Source of the DNA: a virus
Lineage: Duplodnaviria > Caudoviricetes
Reading direction: 5' to 3' (one strand)
Length of the DNA: 61,030 bases
Virus record (IMG/VR): IMGVR_UViG_3300030099_002804
Location: 1-61,030 of that record
Part shown: one piece after another, positions 27,131 to 37,150 of the stretch
Position numbering within the stretch: position 1 is the first letter of the stretch
How the letters are laid out: every line of letters starts with the position of its first letter
Position numbers and translations under genes: made by a program
The notes under the pieces: generated by a model
Seen by the model: the letters and a program-made list of their open reading frames with translations, nothing else
Told to the model about the DNA's origin: nothing
Database searches by the model: none

Positions 27131-28447
27131 ATGAACATTTTTGAAACAATGCAAGATTATGTGGACAGGAACCACTACATTGATGTGGCAGATAAGATAC
27201 CAGTGTTTCTATGTTCGATAGGCACACACATATTCAACGGACTAAACAAGTGTGGAACCTGTCCTTTCATACCTGTTGGTGATGATGAAGAAGGATTTGC
27301 CATAGACTCCTGTATTCTAAGGCACGATAAAGCCCCGTTATACACCCCTATGAGCCATGTAGCAGACACTAGGCTACATATCCTCATGCGGGGTATGAAA
27401 GGCTCGGGAAAGTCCGTTCTAATCAATTTATTTTTGGCACCGGGAACAGGGTTGCTTAACAACCCTCTCAATGCCGCAATAGGTATGGCTTTCAGAACGG
27501 ACATCGGCCCTAACTCTATTACCGAAGCAGGTATGTTTGGGTCTGTCAATGAAGAAGGTGAAATCATGGGCCGACCATTGGCCCGTGAAATGTGCGGTGG
27601 GTTCCTCGGGTTCGAGGAGTTTTCCTCACTGGTTGATGCCGCCAAGAAAGACCATAGCACAGACATGACTAACCAAATGCTAACAAGCGTTGACAATGGT
27701 CGTGTCAAGAAGGCTATGCGAGCAGGGTGGGTTGAATATACTACTCGCTATACTCTATGGGCTGGAACCCAGCCGGGCCGATTCGAGATGGAGTCCGGTA
27801 TGGATAGGAGATTCTTCATCATTGACATTGACATGAATCCCGAGAAGGAGATACTATTCAAAAAGGCACAGGCTAAACAGGCTAGTATGTCCAACATGGA
27901 GCGACTAGAGTTAGCCGATATTGCTATCAAGATTAAGGACTTCTTTACCGAGAGGGCTATGGAGGTTATCATGAACCCACCTACCGGACTATGGTTCGAT
28001 GATGAGTTTAACGAGTGGCTTTTCAAGCCCGAAGTCCGTAGCCATGAGGCGGATTTATTCCGCAGATTGGCTATCGGCTATGCCATCATGTCACCCGACT
28101 ATGTAGGCGGTGACAAGTTGGCAATAAAAATGACTCCACAACTAAGGCAAATATTAGACGACTGTTTGAAGATGCGCCGTAATGTTATGGATGGCGACTT
28201 GCTTCTCATCAAGACGGCGTTTTGGAATACCCAAATGTCAAGAAGCAACCTGTTGAAAGAAGTATCACGCATGATTACTAATGGTGACTACCAAGCGGCG
28301 AAGCGTTGGGTGGAGGATAACCTTATCATTCAGCCGTGGTATAGCGAAGAACGGAGTGCCTCAAGTGGTCGAGGCCGAAAGGGTGTGTCCGTGTTTATCG
28401 GATATGAACCCAAGACCATAGACGCAAAGGCGGTGAAACTAGAATGA
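27131..28447 (+). CDS. mcm: MCM-like AAA+ helicase
   Basis: LHILMRGMKGSGKS (Walker A), SITEAGMFGSV, GGFLGFEEF (Walker B), AGTQP, MDRRF arginine finger. Confidence 0.7.
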   Translation: MNIFETMQDYVDRNHYIDVADKIPVFLCSIGTHIFNGLNKCGTCPFIPVGDDEEGFAIDSCILRHDKAPLYTPMSHVADTRLHILMRGMKGSGKSVLINLFLAPGTGLLNNPLNAAIGMAFRTDIGPNSITEAGMFGSVNEEGEIMGRPLAREMCGGFLGFEEFSSLVDAAKKDHSTDMTNQMLTSVDNGRVKKAMRAGWVEYTTRYTLWAGTQPGRFEMESGMDRRFFIIDIDMNPEKEILFKKAQAKQASMSNMERLELADIAIKIKDFFTERAMEVIMNPPTGLWFDDEFNEWLFKPEVRSHEADLFRRLAIGYAIMSPDYVGGDKLAIKMTPQLRQILDDCLKMRRNVMDGDLLLIKTAFWNTQMSRSNLLKEVSRMITNGDYQAAKRWVEDNLIIQPWYSEERSASSGRGRKGVSVFIGYEPKTIDAKAVKLE

Positions 28448-28788
28448 AACGAAGAAAACCAGCGTGGCGTAATGCCGCATACGAATACATAAAGACTAAT
28501 GGCCCATCAACTTCTGAGAGGTTGATTTCGGATATGAGAACCAAAAGAGGCAAGTTATGGTCTGAGAGTAACAAGGGACCAGCACACCCTAATGGTGCAT
28601 CTCAGTTGTTGAAATCAGACCCACGATTTACATGCGGCTGGGTTAATAGAACAATGGAAACGGGTATAAGCACCAGTAACCGTGGTAAGCACATGGGCGG
28701 TCGTGGGAGTGCGAGCAGACAGTATTCCAATTACAAGGTTAGGGAATGGAGGATTATAGATGAAGAGTCGCAGACAGATACAGAATAG
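28444..28788 (+). CDS. winged-helix protein (DUF3860-like)
   Basis: YEYIKTNGPSTSE...SQLLKSDPRF. Confidence 0.6.
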   Translation: MKRRKPAWRNAAYEYIKTNGPSTSERLISDMRTKRGKLWSESNKGPAHPNGASQLLKSDPRFTCGWVNRTMETGISTSNRGKHMGGRGSASRQYSNYKVREWRIIDEESQTDTE

Positions 28789-29392
28789 ATTGAATGATGA
28801 AGCGGATAACACTGACTTCTTGGCCGCCCTTGAGTGGGTGTTAACTCCCGATGGTTGCCCCATGTGTGCGGTTGCTAATAGGCGAGAGTTAGAAGTCAAG
28901 GTTCATCGTGGAGAAGTAACCCCTACATTCTTAGAAACTAAGAATGGTTGGCCTACCGGCACCGTTATGTCCCACATGGATGAACACCTTGAGTATGACC
29001 CTGCCGAAGCGGCATACATGGAGAAGATGCGTGGTGAATCCATATCCACTCTCAATGTAGCCGAGGACTTAGCCCAGCGACTTGTGTCTTGGGTTGGTGA
29101 ATTGGAAACACGCAAGGAAACTGAAGGTCTGACATCTGAGTGGATTGGTGATGCAACCAAACTACTCGGGCAGGGACAAGGGTTCCTCAAGTTGATAGGT
29201 CAACTCAAGAAGGAGATTGGTGTTGATTCACAACTCCTACTGGCTGACCGTAAAGTTGAGCAGATGATGGGCATACTTGTTGATGTTCTCAAGAGCGAGC
29301 CTGTGTATTTAGACCAAATACAACTGCGTCTTGCTACACTAACTGCTCCGACTCAGCATATACAAGAGGCTGACTTCGAGGTGATTGAATGA
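28760..29392 (+). CDS. hypothetical Zn-binding helical protein (possible terminase small subunit-like)
   Basis: CPMC...HMDEH followed by long amphipathic helices. Confidence 0.45.
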   Translation: MKSRRQIQNRLNDEADNTDFLAALEWVLTPDGCPMCAVANRRELEVKVHRGEVTPTFLETKNGWPTGTVMSHMDEHLEYDPAEAAYMEKMRGESISTLNVAEDLAQRLVSWVGELETRKETEGLTSEWIGDATKLLGQGQGFLKLIGQLKKEIGVDSQLLLADRKVEQMMGILVDVLKSEPVYLDQIQLRLATLTAPTQHIQEADFEVIE

Positions 29393-30168
29393 GTGACGAA
29401 TTAGTATGTATGATTTGCGGCTTTGCTTGTGATGCGGACGACCCCGAAAGGATGGATATACACATGGATGCCTACCATATGGACACCGAGTTGCTTGAGC
29501 AAGTTGACGAGGGTTATGAATACCCCGACAAGCAATTGAATACAGTTTATTCAAGTAACCAAGAGGCTATGGATAGCATTATGAAAGTTTATGGGCGTGA
29601 AGGTATGATTGTAGCCGATGTTACATATGGTTCCGGTGTATTTTGGAAAAACATAGACACCAGTAAGTATGCCTTTTTCCCTTCGGACTTGAAAACCAAC
29701 GGGGTTGATTTTACAGACCTGCCTTATGAGGATAACTCGATGGATATTGTAGTGTTTGACCCACCATATAGATACACTCCATCTAATAATAAACAAACAC
29801 ATCATGCCGAGCGTTACGAATTGAAGCCGCACATGAATATACGAACCACTAAAGATGTGATAAACTTGTATCGCTTAGGTATAGCCGAGTGTGAGCGTGT
29901 TCTCAAGAAGGGGGGATTCTTAATCATAAAGTGTATGGATAACATAGAGGCGGCGAAGCAGTATTGGGTTCACATTGATGTGATGGGCATGGGTGACGAC
30001 TTAACCTGTCGAGATTTGGTAGTAGTTACTCCACCTTCGACCGTTGCTTCAAGATGGAAAAGGCAGAAGCATTTGAAGAAGTCGCACTCTTATTTCATAG
30101 TAATGCGTAAGGGCGGTGCTTGGCCCTTCGGCCAAAAGGCTACTTCTCGTAGGCAGGTGGTTGAATGA
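29389..30168 (+). CDS. amino (N6A/N4C) DNA methyltransferase
   Basis: SAM-binding ADVTYGSG, catalytic FDPPY, ERVLKKGG. Confidence 0.85.
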   Translation: MSDELVCMICGFACDADDPERMDIHMDAYHMDTELLEQVDEGYEYPDKQLNTVYSSNQEAMDSIMKVYGREGMIVADVTYGSGVFWKNIDTSKYAFFPSDLKTNGVDFTDLPYEDNSMDIVVFDPPYRYTPSNNKQTHHAERYELKPHMNIRTTKDVINLYRLGIAECERVLKKGGFLIIKCMDNIEAAKQYWVHIDVMGMGDDLTCRDLVVVTPPSTVASRWKRQKHLKKSHSYFIVMRKGGAWPFGQKATSRRQVVE

Positions 30169-30422
30169 AGTTTAAGCATAAGCGTTGGCGTGATGCAGTG
30201 GTGCGACACTTGAAGGAGAAGGGGCCGCAACTCCTATCTCAGATAATGGATGAGTTGAGGAACACGGATGGGCGACCTTATGTTTCGGCACCGAGGCTGA
30301 ATGCCGCCTCTAATTTATTACACGCTGACCCACGCATTAGTGTGCGTGAAGTCAAGAAGGTTGGTAGTGGTATTAGTGGGCCATACAAGGCGTATGAATA
30401 TGCGGTGTTTGACGATGACTAA
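30165..30422 (+). CDS. winged-helix protein (DUF3860-like), paralog of 28444
   Basis: WRDAVVRHLKEKGP...NAASNLLHADPRI. Confidence 0.6.
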   Translation: MKFKHKRWRDAVVRHLKEKGPQLLSQIMDELRNTDGRPYVSAPRLNAASNLLHADPRISVREVKKVGSGISGPYKAYEYAVFDDD

Positions 30423-30609
30423 GCGCAGGTGTAAATCACCCGGATGCAGGGCGGAATTGACCGACCGCAGCAAGGGTTATTGTAGCCGACACATTTATCA
30501 TGTGGAGAGGCTAAAGGACACTGTGGAATGGTTGACATGGAGGAGATGGTTTGAAGCGGAATTGGCGAAACAAGACGAAGAACATGCTGAATACGAGGCC
30601 GATTTATGA
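30415..30609 (+). CDS. small zinc-finger protein
   Basis: CKSPGC...GYCSRH. Confidence 0.55.
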   Translation: MTKRRCKSPGCRAELTDRSKGYCSRHIYHVERLKDTVEWLTWRRWFEAELAKQDEEHAEYEADL

Positions 30610-30820
30610 GGCTGAGTTTCCGGCACTTGCGAAGGCTATGGCTGAGGATGGATTGACCCTTAGAGTAGTTTCAAAAGGTAATGGTTATGAGTGGCTTGTT
30701 GCTGATTACATACTCCCGGCGAAGAGTGTCCGTGAAGTATGGGGTTTAACCCCACATCAGATGCGAAGATTCACCGCTTGGTTGCTGGCTTTTAACACGG
30801 AGTTGATACAATGGGAGTAG
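30584..30820 (+). CDS. hypothetical protein
   Basis: Overlapping ORF in the operon. Confidence 0.5.
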   Translation: MLNTRPIYEAEFPALAKAMAEDGLTLRVVSKGNGYEWLVADYILPAKSVREVWGLTPHQMRRFTAWLLAFNTELIQWE

Positions 30821-31479
30821 TTATTTTTACAAACGATGACGCAAGATACCGCAAGGGTGATTTCATATGTATGTATGGCGAGATTACAGTGCCTCCTACT
30901 ACACCCGATACCACATTTATCCTTCATAACAAGTCATTCAGCGAGGCTGATGTCCTATACTGGGCACCAATCATACGACACCGCTTGGTAGTAGTGGTTG
31001 ACAAGTTGCCTAAGTTGAGTGAAGCAAGCGAGGACTATGTTATCATAGACCAAGCACTGAAGGTTAAGGATAAGGACTTCACTCGTTCTATTCGTGCGGC
31101 TCTATGTTGGGTTGACCGTGACCGAGCGTTGACCGCACTTAGACCTGTCCCTCTTGCTTTGATGAACGCTTTCATCAAGGCTAATGTGGATAACATGCAG
31201 GTCGGCAGGTTGCTTGCTCGATGCCGATTTACTTTGCATGATGACTATACCCGAGCAGTTATGGCATACGGTATTTATCCTGTATCTAATTTCAAGTGGC
31301 CTAAGAAGTCACATAACAATACTAATATACTGCCGAGCGAGATGAGAAGAACAGACAAGCACTTGGGTGTCATACTGAATAATGACATCGTAGTATCTAA
31401 TGCAATCCGTAGGGATGCACCGGACACTTTGCCCAAAGGCTTGCCTAAACGAAAACAGAAGGCGATAGAATGGCTATGA
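30811..31479 (+). CDS. hypothetical protein
   Basis: 222 aa ORF in the operon. Confidence 0.65.
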   Translation: MGVVIFTNDDARYRKGDFICMYGEITVPPTTPDTTFILHNKSFSEADVLYWAPIIRHRLVVVVDKLPKLSEASEDYVIIDQALKVKDKDFTRSIRAALCWVDRDRALTALRPVPLALMNAFIKANVDNMQVGRLLARCRFTLHDDYTRAVMAYGIYPVSNFKWPKKSHNNTNILPSEMRRTDKHLGVILNNDIVVSNAIRRDAPDTLPKGLPKRKQKAIEWL

Positions 31480-31826
31480 ATGAAGTATTTGTGTATGGAA
31501 CACTGAAGCGAAACCAACATAACAATGACCTACTTCGTGATTCACAATTCTTAGGTGAATACGAAACCGACCCACGCTGGGGCTTAGTAACACTGGGGTC
31601 TTTCCCCGGCATGGTTCCCGGCAACTTGGCGGTAAAGGGTGAAGTATTTTTGGTGGATGATGATGTATTGGAGGCTCTCGATTTATTAGAGGGTGTGGAG
31701 CATGGCCTGTATAACAGGCACCGCATCCCTATTAACTGTCCTGTGACGGGCGAGAAGCGTAATGTGTGGGCTTATCTATACGGTGGTATAGTGTATATGC
31801 CCGACATCTTCGAGGAGTGGTCTTGA
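31470..31826 (+). CDS. gamma-glutamylcyclotransferase (AIG2-like)
   Basis: VFVYGTLK, FPGM, VKGEVF, LDLLEG, Y.R, WAYLY. Confidence 0.9.
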   Translation: MAMNEVFVYGTLKRNQHNNDLLRDSQFLGEYETDPRWGLVTLGSFPGMVPGNLAVKGEVFLVDDDVLEALDLLEGVEHGLYNRHRIPINCPVTGEKRNVWAYLYGGIVYMPDIFEEWS

Positions 31827-32005
31827 TGTTAGGTGTTATAATTGCATGGTTAATCTATGTCACACTTAGTATAATTGCTAACTGGGATGATACACCGTGG
31901 ACTATGGGTACGCAAAGGGAAACTACTTATCGACCTAAAGGGTCTGCGGTTAACGGCGAACACAACCTAAGCCATGCGGCTATGTTCATGAACATAGATG
32001 AATGA
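31826..32005 (+). CDS. small membrane protein
   Basis: N-terminal hydrophobic helix, TGATG-coupled. Confidence 0.5.
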   Translation: MLGVIIAWLIYVTLSIIANWDDTPWTMGTQRETTYRPKGSAVNGEHNLSHAAMFMNIDE

Positions 32006-32442
32006 GGGTGAAATACCAAACACTCATAAGACGGTCTGTGTCAGCCAACAATAACAACAAGCGGGTTCGTCGAGCGATAGTCGAAATACTCTTGAAACAC
32101 GGGGCGTGTACTCGGGAGCAGGTAGCGGAGCATCTGCAAACCTACAAGGGGGTCAAGAATGTTCCATCTCCTAATTCTCTATCGGCTCTTATGTCGAAGA
32201 ATCCGCAAGTTGTCATTGTCGGGCGTGAAAAGGTCGAAATGACAAGTGGTATCAATACACACCACATGCTCTTTGATATTGACCGAACCGTAATCAAGAC
32301 TAAGGATGATTTAATCCTAACAAGACCTATTTCTGTTATGACTCCTAGTGAACGCAAGAAGGCTAGGCAGTGTGGCAAGTGTGGTAGGACAAGGATTATG
32401 CCCGAAGGCAGTGATACTTGTTTAACCTGTCTGCGACAGTAG
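32002..32442 (+). CDS. winged-helix protein with C-terminal zinc finger
   Basis: ILLKHGACTREQV...PNSLSALMSKNP, then CGKC...CLTC. Confidence 0.6.
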   Translation: MRVKYQTLIRRSVSANNNNKRVRRAIVEILLKHGACTREQVAEHLQTYKGVKNVPSPNSLSALMSKNPQVVIVGREKVEMTSGINTHHMLFDIDRTVIKTKDDLILTRPISVMTPSERKKARQCGKCGRTRIMPEGSDTCLTCLRQ

Positions 32443-32473
32443 TTTTATAATGTGCCGACACTAATGGTTAACC

Positions 32474-33373
32474 ATGCGAGAAGTATGGGCAACGAAACAC
32501 AGGCCTAATAATCTTGATGATTTCGAGGGACAGGGGCATATTGTATCTGAAATGGCATCCATTATTGATGGTAATAGTCAGATGCAACACTACATATTCT
32601 ATTCTCCCGAACCCGGAACAGGCAAGACTACATTGGCTCACATATTATCTGAGCAATTAGGCTATCAGATTCACAAGTATAATGCTTCATCCAAGCGTCA
32701 GCGTGGTATTGAGTTTATTGAGGAGGAGTTGGCACCTATGACCCGGCTCGGTCAATACGAAAGCATATACTTCTTAGACGAAGCAGACCAACTAACACCT
32801 GCCGCACAGTCAGCACTCAAGGGAGTGATTGAGGATTCACAGGGATTCTTCATCCTCACTTGTAATGACCTAAGCAAGATTAGTCCGTGGCTTCAATCCC
32901 GTTGCCAAGTGCGAGTATTCCAACCCCTTAACGATACTGATATGTTTTACAGGCTAAATAAAGTTGATGCCGCAGAAGGATTTCAAACCGCAACCGAACA
33001 CTTGGATGCGATAGTCAGTGCTAACAAGGGCGACCTGCGTAACGCAATCAACGCACTGCAAGCCTATCATTCTATTCCCGAAGCAGACCGTGAATCATTC
33101 CTGCTAGGGTTGGGTCAACCAGCCGTCGATGCACAGAAGATACTCACGCTTTGTATGAAGGAGCAACAGGTTGAAGAGGCCGTCAATTTGATGGGTTCTT
33201 CTAATCTTAGACAAGTTATAGATGCCGTGTTTAGATACGGCGTTGATTCTCCCGCCAAACCTACTAGCAAACTAAAGTTGGTTGAGGCCGCAACCCAAGC
33301 GCACCGTGATTTACTCATGGGCGTGGAGGCCCATTATGTTGTATGGGACTTCTGTCGGAGGCTGGCATCATAA
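32474..33373 (+). CDS. rfcS: replication factor C small subunit (clamp loader)
   Basis: WATKHRP, PGTGKTT, NAS, LDEAD, SRC, GDLRNAINALQ. Confidence 0.92.
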   Translation: MREVWATKHRPNNLDDFEGQGHIVSEMASIIDGNSQMQHYIFYSPEPGTGKTTLAHILSEQLGYQIHKYNASSKRQRGIEFIEEELAPMTRLGQYESIYFLDEADQLTPAAQSALKGVIEDSQGFFILTCNDLSKISPWLQSRCQVRVFQPLNDTDMFYRLNKVDAAEGFQTATEHLDAIVSANKGDLRNAINALQAYHSIPEADRESFLLGLGQPAVDAQKILTLCMKEQQVEEAVNLMGSSNLRQVIDAVFRYGVDSPAKPTSKLKLVEAATQAHRDLLMGVEAHYVVWDFCRRLAS

Positions 33374-33403
33374 CGGTTAAATAGTGGCGGGACTAAAGGA
33401 TAT

Positions 33404-34627
33404 ATGGAGGCAAAAATTATGGCAGATATAGACCAAATGATTGACAGAATAAGCAAGAACATAGGCGCAAGCGAAGAAACAGTACGCTCTCGAATGGACA
33501 TCGTTCTATCCGAGAACAAGAACACTTGGCTTGATGCTGGAAAGACCGAAGATGAGTGTTCACTCAACGCACTTAGAATTGCTGGTAGGCAGATTAAGAG
33601 CGAGAGTGAAAGACTAAAGCGCAGTGGAGCAACACTATACGAAGGAATGTTTGTTAGCGTTCCACGCTACAAGGACTGGGCAGACTTGGCATACAAGAAG
33701 GCCGCAGGGACTATCTCACAAGGTATTGATACAGTGATTGATTCACTTATCGAAGATGGTAACACTATTCTCTATGAGGATAACAATGACGGTACCTTTA
33801 CCAAGAGATACAACCCATCCTTGGCTCAGAAAGCGGATTTCGAGTCCGGTAGCGCAAGCACCGACATTGACGCACTACCCAAAGGCACATATGATGCAGG
33901 TAACGGAATACATTTCCACCTAATTTGGGACAAGGCGAACCCAACATTCCCAAGCGGGGATGCTAATTGGAAATACGGTAAGCCAAGGCCGCTAACCGAA
34001 AAGGACAGGACTTGTTTATTCTTAGGCCGCCCACAGGGCAGTAAAGACGACATGCGAATCTATTCTATGAGATTCAACGGACAGTTAGCCGAGGAGCAAC
34101 ACCCAACATTTGTTGCTGGTACTATCGCTATGCGACCTGCTCGCAACGGTGATGTAGCATACGGCAAGGCTGGTGTTTCAGTATTCAACCGTGACGATGC
34201 AGTACAGGCATCCTTCAGTGGTAGCCCGGATGCACTAATCGCTGGACTAGACCAAATCAAGACTCTTGAGAACGGTCTGCAAGACATCGAGGCGTATGTC
34301 GGTACACTATCTGACAAGGAACGCTGGGATGCTTTAGCGGCGGCTATTGTCGAAGTGATTCACATTGACCCAAGGGATAACGGTGGTTACATTATCACAG
34401 TAGGTGACTTGGATATTATGTCCACTGCTGGCACCGTTGACATCTATGTTACTACAAAGCATGAGTCACTTGTTGACTTCGCAGTTGGTAGTACCCTAAT
34501 GGTTGTTGGTTCACCATACATGAGCCGTGATGATGAGGCTAAGTTGGCCGTCACCGGTTGGTGGTGCCACGAATCTATGGCGGCATCAGCACCCGAGCAA
34601 CTACCGGATGAAGGAGGCTGGGACTGA
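33404..34627 (+). CDS. putative RPA-like single-stranded DNA-binding protein
   Basis: N-terminal helical bundle, OB-fold-like C-terminal beta pattern and acidic tail, in the replication module. Confidence 0.5.
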   Translation: MEAKIMADIDQMIDRISKNIGASEETVRSRMDIVLSENKNTWLDAGKTEDECSLNALRIAGRQIKSESERLKRSGATLYEGMFVSVPRYKDWADLAYKKAAGTISQGIDTVIDSLIEDGNTILYEDNNDGTFTKRYNPSLAQKADFESGSASTDIDALPKGTYDAGNGIHFHLIWDKANPTFPSGDANWKYGKPRPLTEKDRTCLFLGRPQGSKDDMRIYSMRFNGQLAEEQHPTFVAGTIAMRPARNGDVAYGKAGVSVFNRDDAVQASFSGSPDALIAGLDQIKTLENGLQDIEAYVGTLSDKERWDALAAAIVEVIHIDPRDNGGYIITVGDLDIMSTAGTVDIYVTTKHESLVDFAVGSTLMVVGSPYMSRDDEAKLAVTGWWCHESMAASAPEQLPDEGGWD

Positions 34628-35556
34628 TGACTTGGGCAACAACCAGTGCTAAGACGGAAACTGCTCCCCGCAAAACATTTGGGGTGGAGCATTACCGTCA
34701 ACTCTTCGACCGCAAGCGAGAGGCTATGGCCCCAATTCGCATGGCGTTGGTAGGCAAGGAGAACACGGCTAAGACAGGGCTTGCCCTTGACTTAGCCCTC
34801 TCCCACACCGATAAAGAAGTAGTTATCATTGACTGTGACAACTCAGCACAGAACACAGTGGACTACCTTATCTCGACAGGTGCCGCAGATGCAGACCGCA
34901 TCCGTGTAATCCCTATCATTGATGAGTTAGATGACGCTATGTGGAATGATGACAACACTACTAACTGGATGGCAGTAGTTGACAAGATTGAGTGGTTCGC
35001 ATCCTTCTTGGGCGAATCCTCCGATAATGTTGGCGCAGTTATCTTTGATGGTGGCTCGACATTCCTAAAGTGGTGCGAGTTTGTGATGACAGACCGACTA
35101 ATCCGCCGTGGTGTTATCAACGACAGTGGTGACGGTTTCAATCAGAAGGAATGGCGAGAGCGTAACAGTGTGTTCAAGGGTGTCCTTGACCGCCTAACTG
35201 CGCTACCAATCCCATACATCTTCTATACTTTCCACTTGAAAGACCAAAAGCAATACATGGACATCGGTGACGGTACAAAGGCACTGATGAAAGTTGGCGA
35301 GAAGGTTGATTGGGTGGATGGAACCCAGCGATTCGTGTCCCAACAGGTATGGCTAAGGCGTTATACCAAGAAGGGTGACAAGGCGGCTGGTGTTGAGGCT
35401 GACAAGGCTCTCGCTGATGATGAGTTTGCCATTCGTGCAAAAATCGAGGAGATGAAGGGTCGTAACATGGAACACTTGGGTACTACCCATGAGGTTCTAA
35501 ATGTTAAGGATAGCAAAGTCACTTGGAACGGATTACCTTTGAGGTGGAGTGATTGA
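34627..35556 (+). CDS. RecA-fold/AAA_24 ATPase (Sak4-like recombinase)
   Basis: GKENTAKT P-loop, IIDCD, AVIFDG, adjacent to the SSB-like gene. Confidence 0.7.
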   Translation: MTWATTSAKTETAPRKTFGVEHYRQLFDRKREAMAPIRMALVGKENTAKTGLALDLALSHTDKEVVIIDCDNSAQNTVDYLISTGAADADRIRVIPIIDELDDAMWNDDNTTNWMAVVDKIEWFASFLGESSDNVGAVIFDGGSTFLKWCEFVMTDRLIRRGVINDSGDGFNQKEWRERNSVFKGVLDRLTALPIPYIFYTFHLKDQKQYMDIGDGTKALMKVGEKVDWVDGTQRFVSQQVWLRRYTKKGDKAAGVEADKALADDEFAIRAKIEEMKGRNMEHLGTTHEVLNVKDSKVTWNGLPLRWSD

Positions 35557-35750
35557 CTGACGAGGCCACCACAAGGGAGTTGATTAGATTAGCCAAGAGG
35601 GTTAAGTCTCTTGAGCGTGACATTGACGATATGATGGGTAGGTTCTCTATGGTCGGCAAACTATGGGATGCCGTCAAGGAATTACAAGACCACGCCAATA
35701 GAAACGGTGACTTCTTAGTACATACCCTACTATATCGTGAGGTGAAGTGA
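35553..35750 (+). CDS. small coiled-coil protein
   Basis: Coupled ORF. Confidence 0.5.
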   Translation: MTDEATTRELIRLAKRVKSLERDIDDMMGRFSMVGKLWDAVKELQDHANRNGDFLVHTLLYREVK

Positions 35751-36557
35751 ATGAAGATACCTAGGGATTTATTGTTACAGTTGCTTGGAGTTACCAAGCG
35801 TGAGCAGACCATTAACGGCAAAGCACAGGCTCAAGTAACAGGTTGCGTCTTGACTCTTGGTGACAAGAGGCTATCCACCACAAGTATAGTGAAGGATGGT
35901 AAAACCAGCCTATCGAGATTCTCATTCACTTGTGATGACGACAGTGAAAGCACTATCCCTGTCCCCGATATTGATAGACTCATGGGAGTCTTGAAGTATC
36001 ACGGCGAAGTAGTTAAGTTATCATATGATAATGAAACTTCTAAGGTGTTAATCAAATCTAAGTCCAAGCAGACTACGCTTGTTGGTGGACTATCCGCCAA
36101 AGCGTTCCCTAACAGTCAGCAGAACCTTTTGGAGTGGCATAAGGCCAGTATTGAAAGGGCCGCACAGATTAAGGGCAGTAGTTATGTGATGGCTAACGGA
36201 GAATCCCGTTCACCATTTACTACTATCACTGTCGGCAGTGAAGTTTTGCATGATGCGCTAAGGTGTGATGGGATGAATGGGCAGAAGTTGAATAGATACA
36301 CATTCACTTTGAAGGATGGTGATGTTGTAGTCACAGTGGGCGACCACTTCAAGGGGCTAACTGAAACAACTATCGCTACCGACTACTCGGATGATAACTT
36401 CGAGGCCGTCTTTGAGGGTGGTCTTGAGAATATACTCAAGTATTACAAGGGTAATGTCAGCCTATCATTCTTGGATTTCAAGAATGAAGGCCAAGGCACT
36501 CGCTTGATTATGTCTTTTGACAACGGTGACTGGGTATTCCAAGCGGGGGTCTTGTGA
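35751..36557 (+). CDS. putative PCNA-like sliding clamp
   Basis: 268 aa with two repeated alpha/beta halves, located between RFC and PolB. Confidence 0.55.
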   Translation: MKIPRDLLLQLLGVTKREQTINGKAQAQVTGCVLTLGDKRLSTTSIVKDGKTSLSRFSFTCDDDSESTIPVPDIDRLMGVLKYHGEVVKLSYDNETSKVLIKSKSKQTTLVGGLSAKAFPNSQQNLLEWHKASIERAAQIKGSSYVMANGESRSPFTTITVGSEVLHDALRCDGMNGQKLNRYTFTLKDGDVVVTVGDHFKGLTETTIATDYSDDNFEAVFEGGLENILKYYKGNVSLSFLDFKNEGQGTRLIMSFDNGDWVFQAGVL

Positions 36558-36886
36558 TGAAACATAGCACACCTAGGGGAGTGTCATTCCGTGAATACGA
36601 GGAGATGCTGGCAACTGGTCGCTACGCTGAGTTTATCACACGCAAGAAGCGTAACAAACGCATTAGGCAGTTGGTGTCAGCAGTTATCTTTTTTGATATG
36701 GATATAGGCGAGGAATGCACCATAGAGCATATGATAAATCACGCATGGAAATACAATCCCATAGGCCCGAGTGCTATGGCACTATCTCCTCAACAGTTTG
36801 GTTCATTATTGGGCACTATGATTAGATATGATATTGTTAGCAAGCGTGTTGAGAACAACAAAAGTTACTACAAGAGGTTGGTATAA
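36554..36886 (+). CDS. putative winged-helix protein
   Basis: LSPQQFGSLL...SYYKRL wing-like end. Confidence 0.45.
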   Translation: MMKHSTPRGVSFREYEEMLATGRYAEFITRKKRNKRIRQLVSAVIFFDMDIGEECTIEHMINHAWKYNPIGPSAMALSPQQFGSLLGTMIRYDIVSKRVENNKSYYKRLV

Positions 36887-37104
36887 TGAAATGCAGTAAA
36901 TGTGGACATGAAGAAGTTGTTGAAGTGAAGGAGGACTACCGTTTCGCTACTTGGTTACATCAAGAGTATGTAGTCAAGCGTAGGTCTATGGAGAGCATAG
37001 CCAAGGAACAGGGTGTCACTCCCACTACGATTAACAACTGGCTCAAGCGATTTGGCTTGCCAACAAGAGGTCGTGGTGTCCGTTCCGGCTTGTTTGACAT
37101 TTGA
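36886..37104 (+). CDS. HTH DNA-binding protein
   Basis: RSMESIAKEQGVTPTTINNWLKRFGL. Confidence 0.75.
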   Translation: MKCSKCGHEEVVEVKEDYRFATWLHQEYVVKRRSMESIAKEQGVTPTTINNWLKRFGLPTRGRGVRSGLFDI

Positions 37105-37150
37105 ATAATAGTGCTAACTACTATATACTGGCGAGTCATATTTTAGTATT

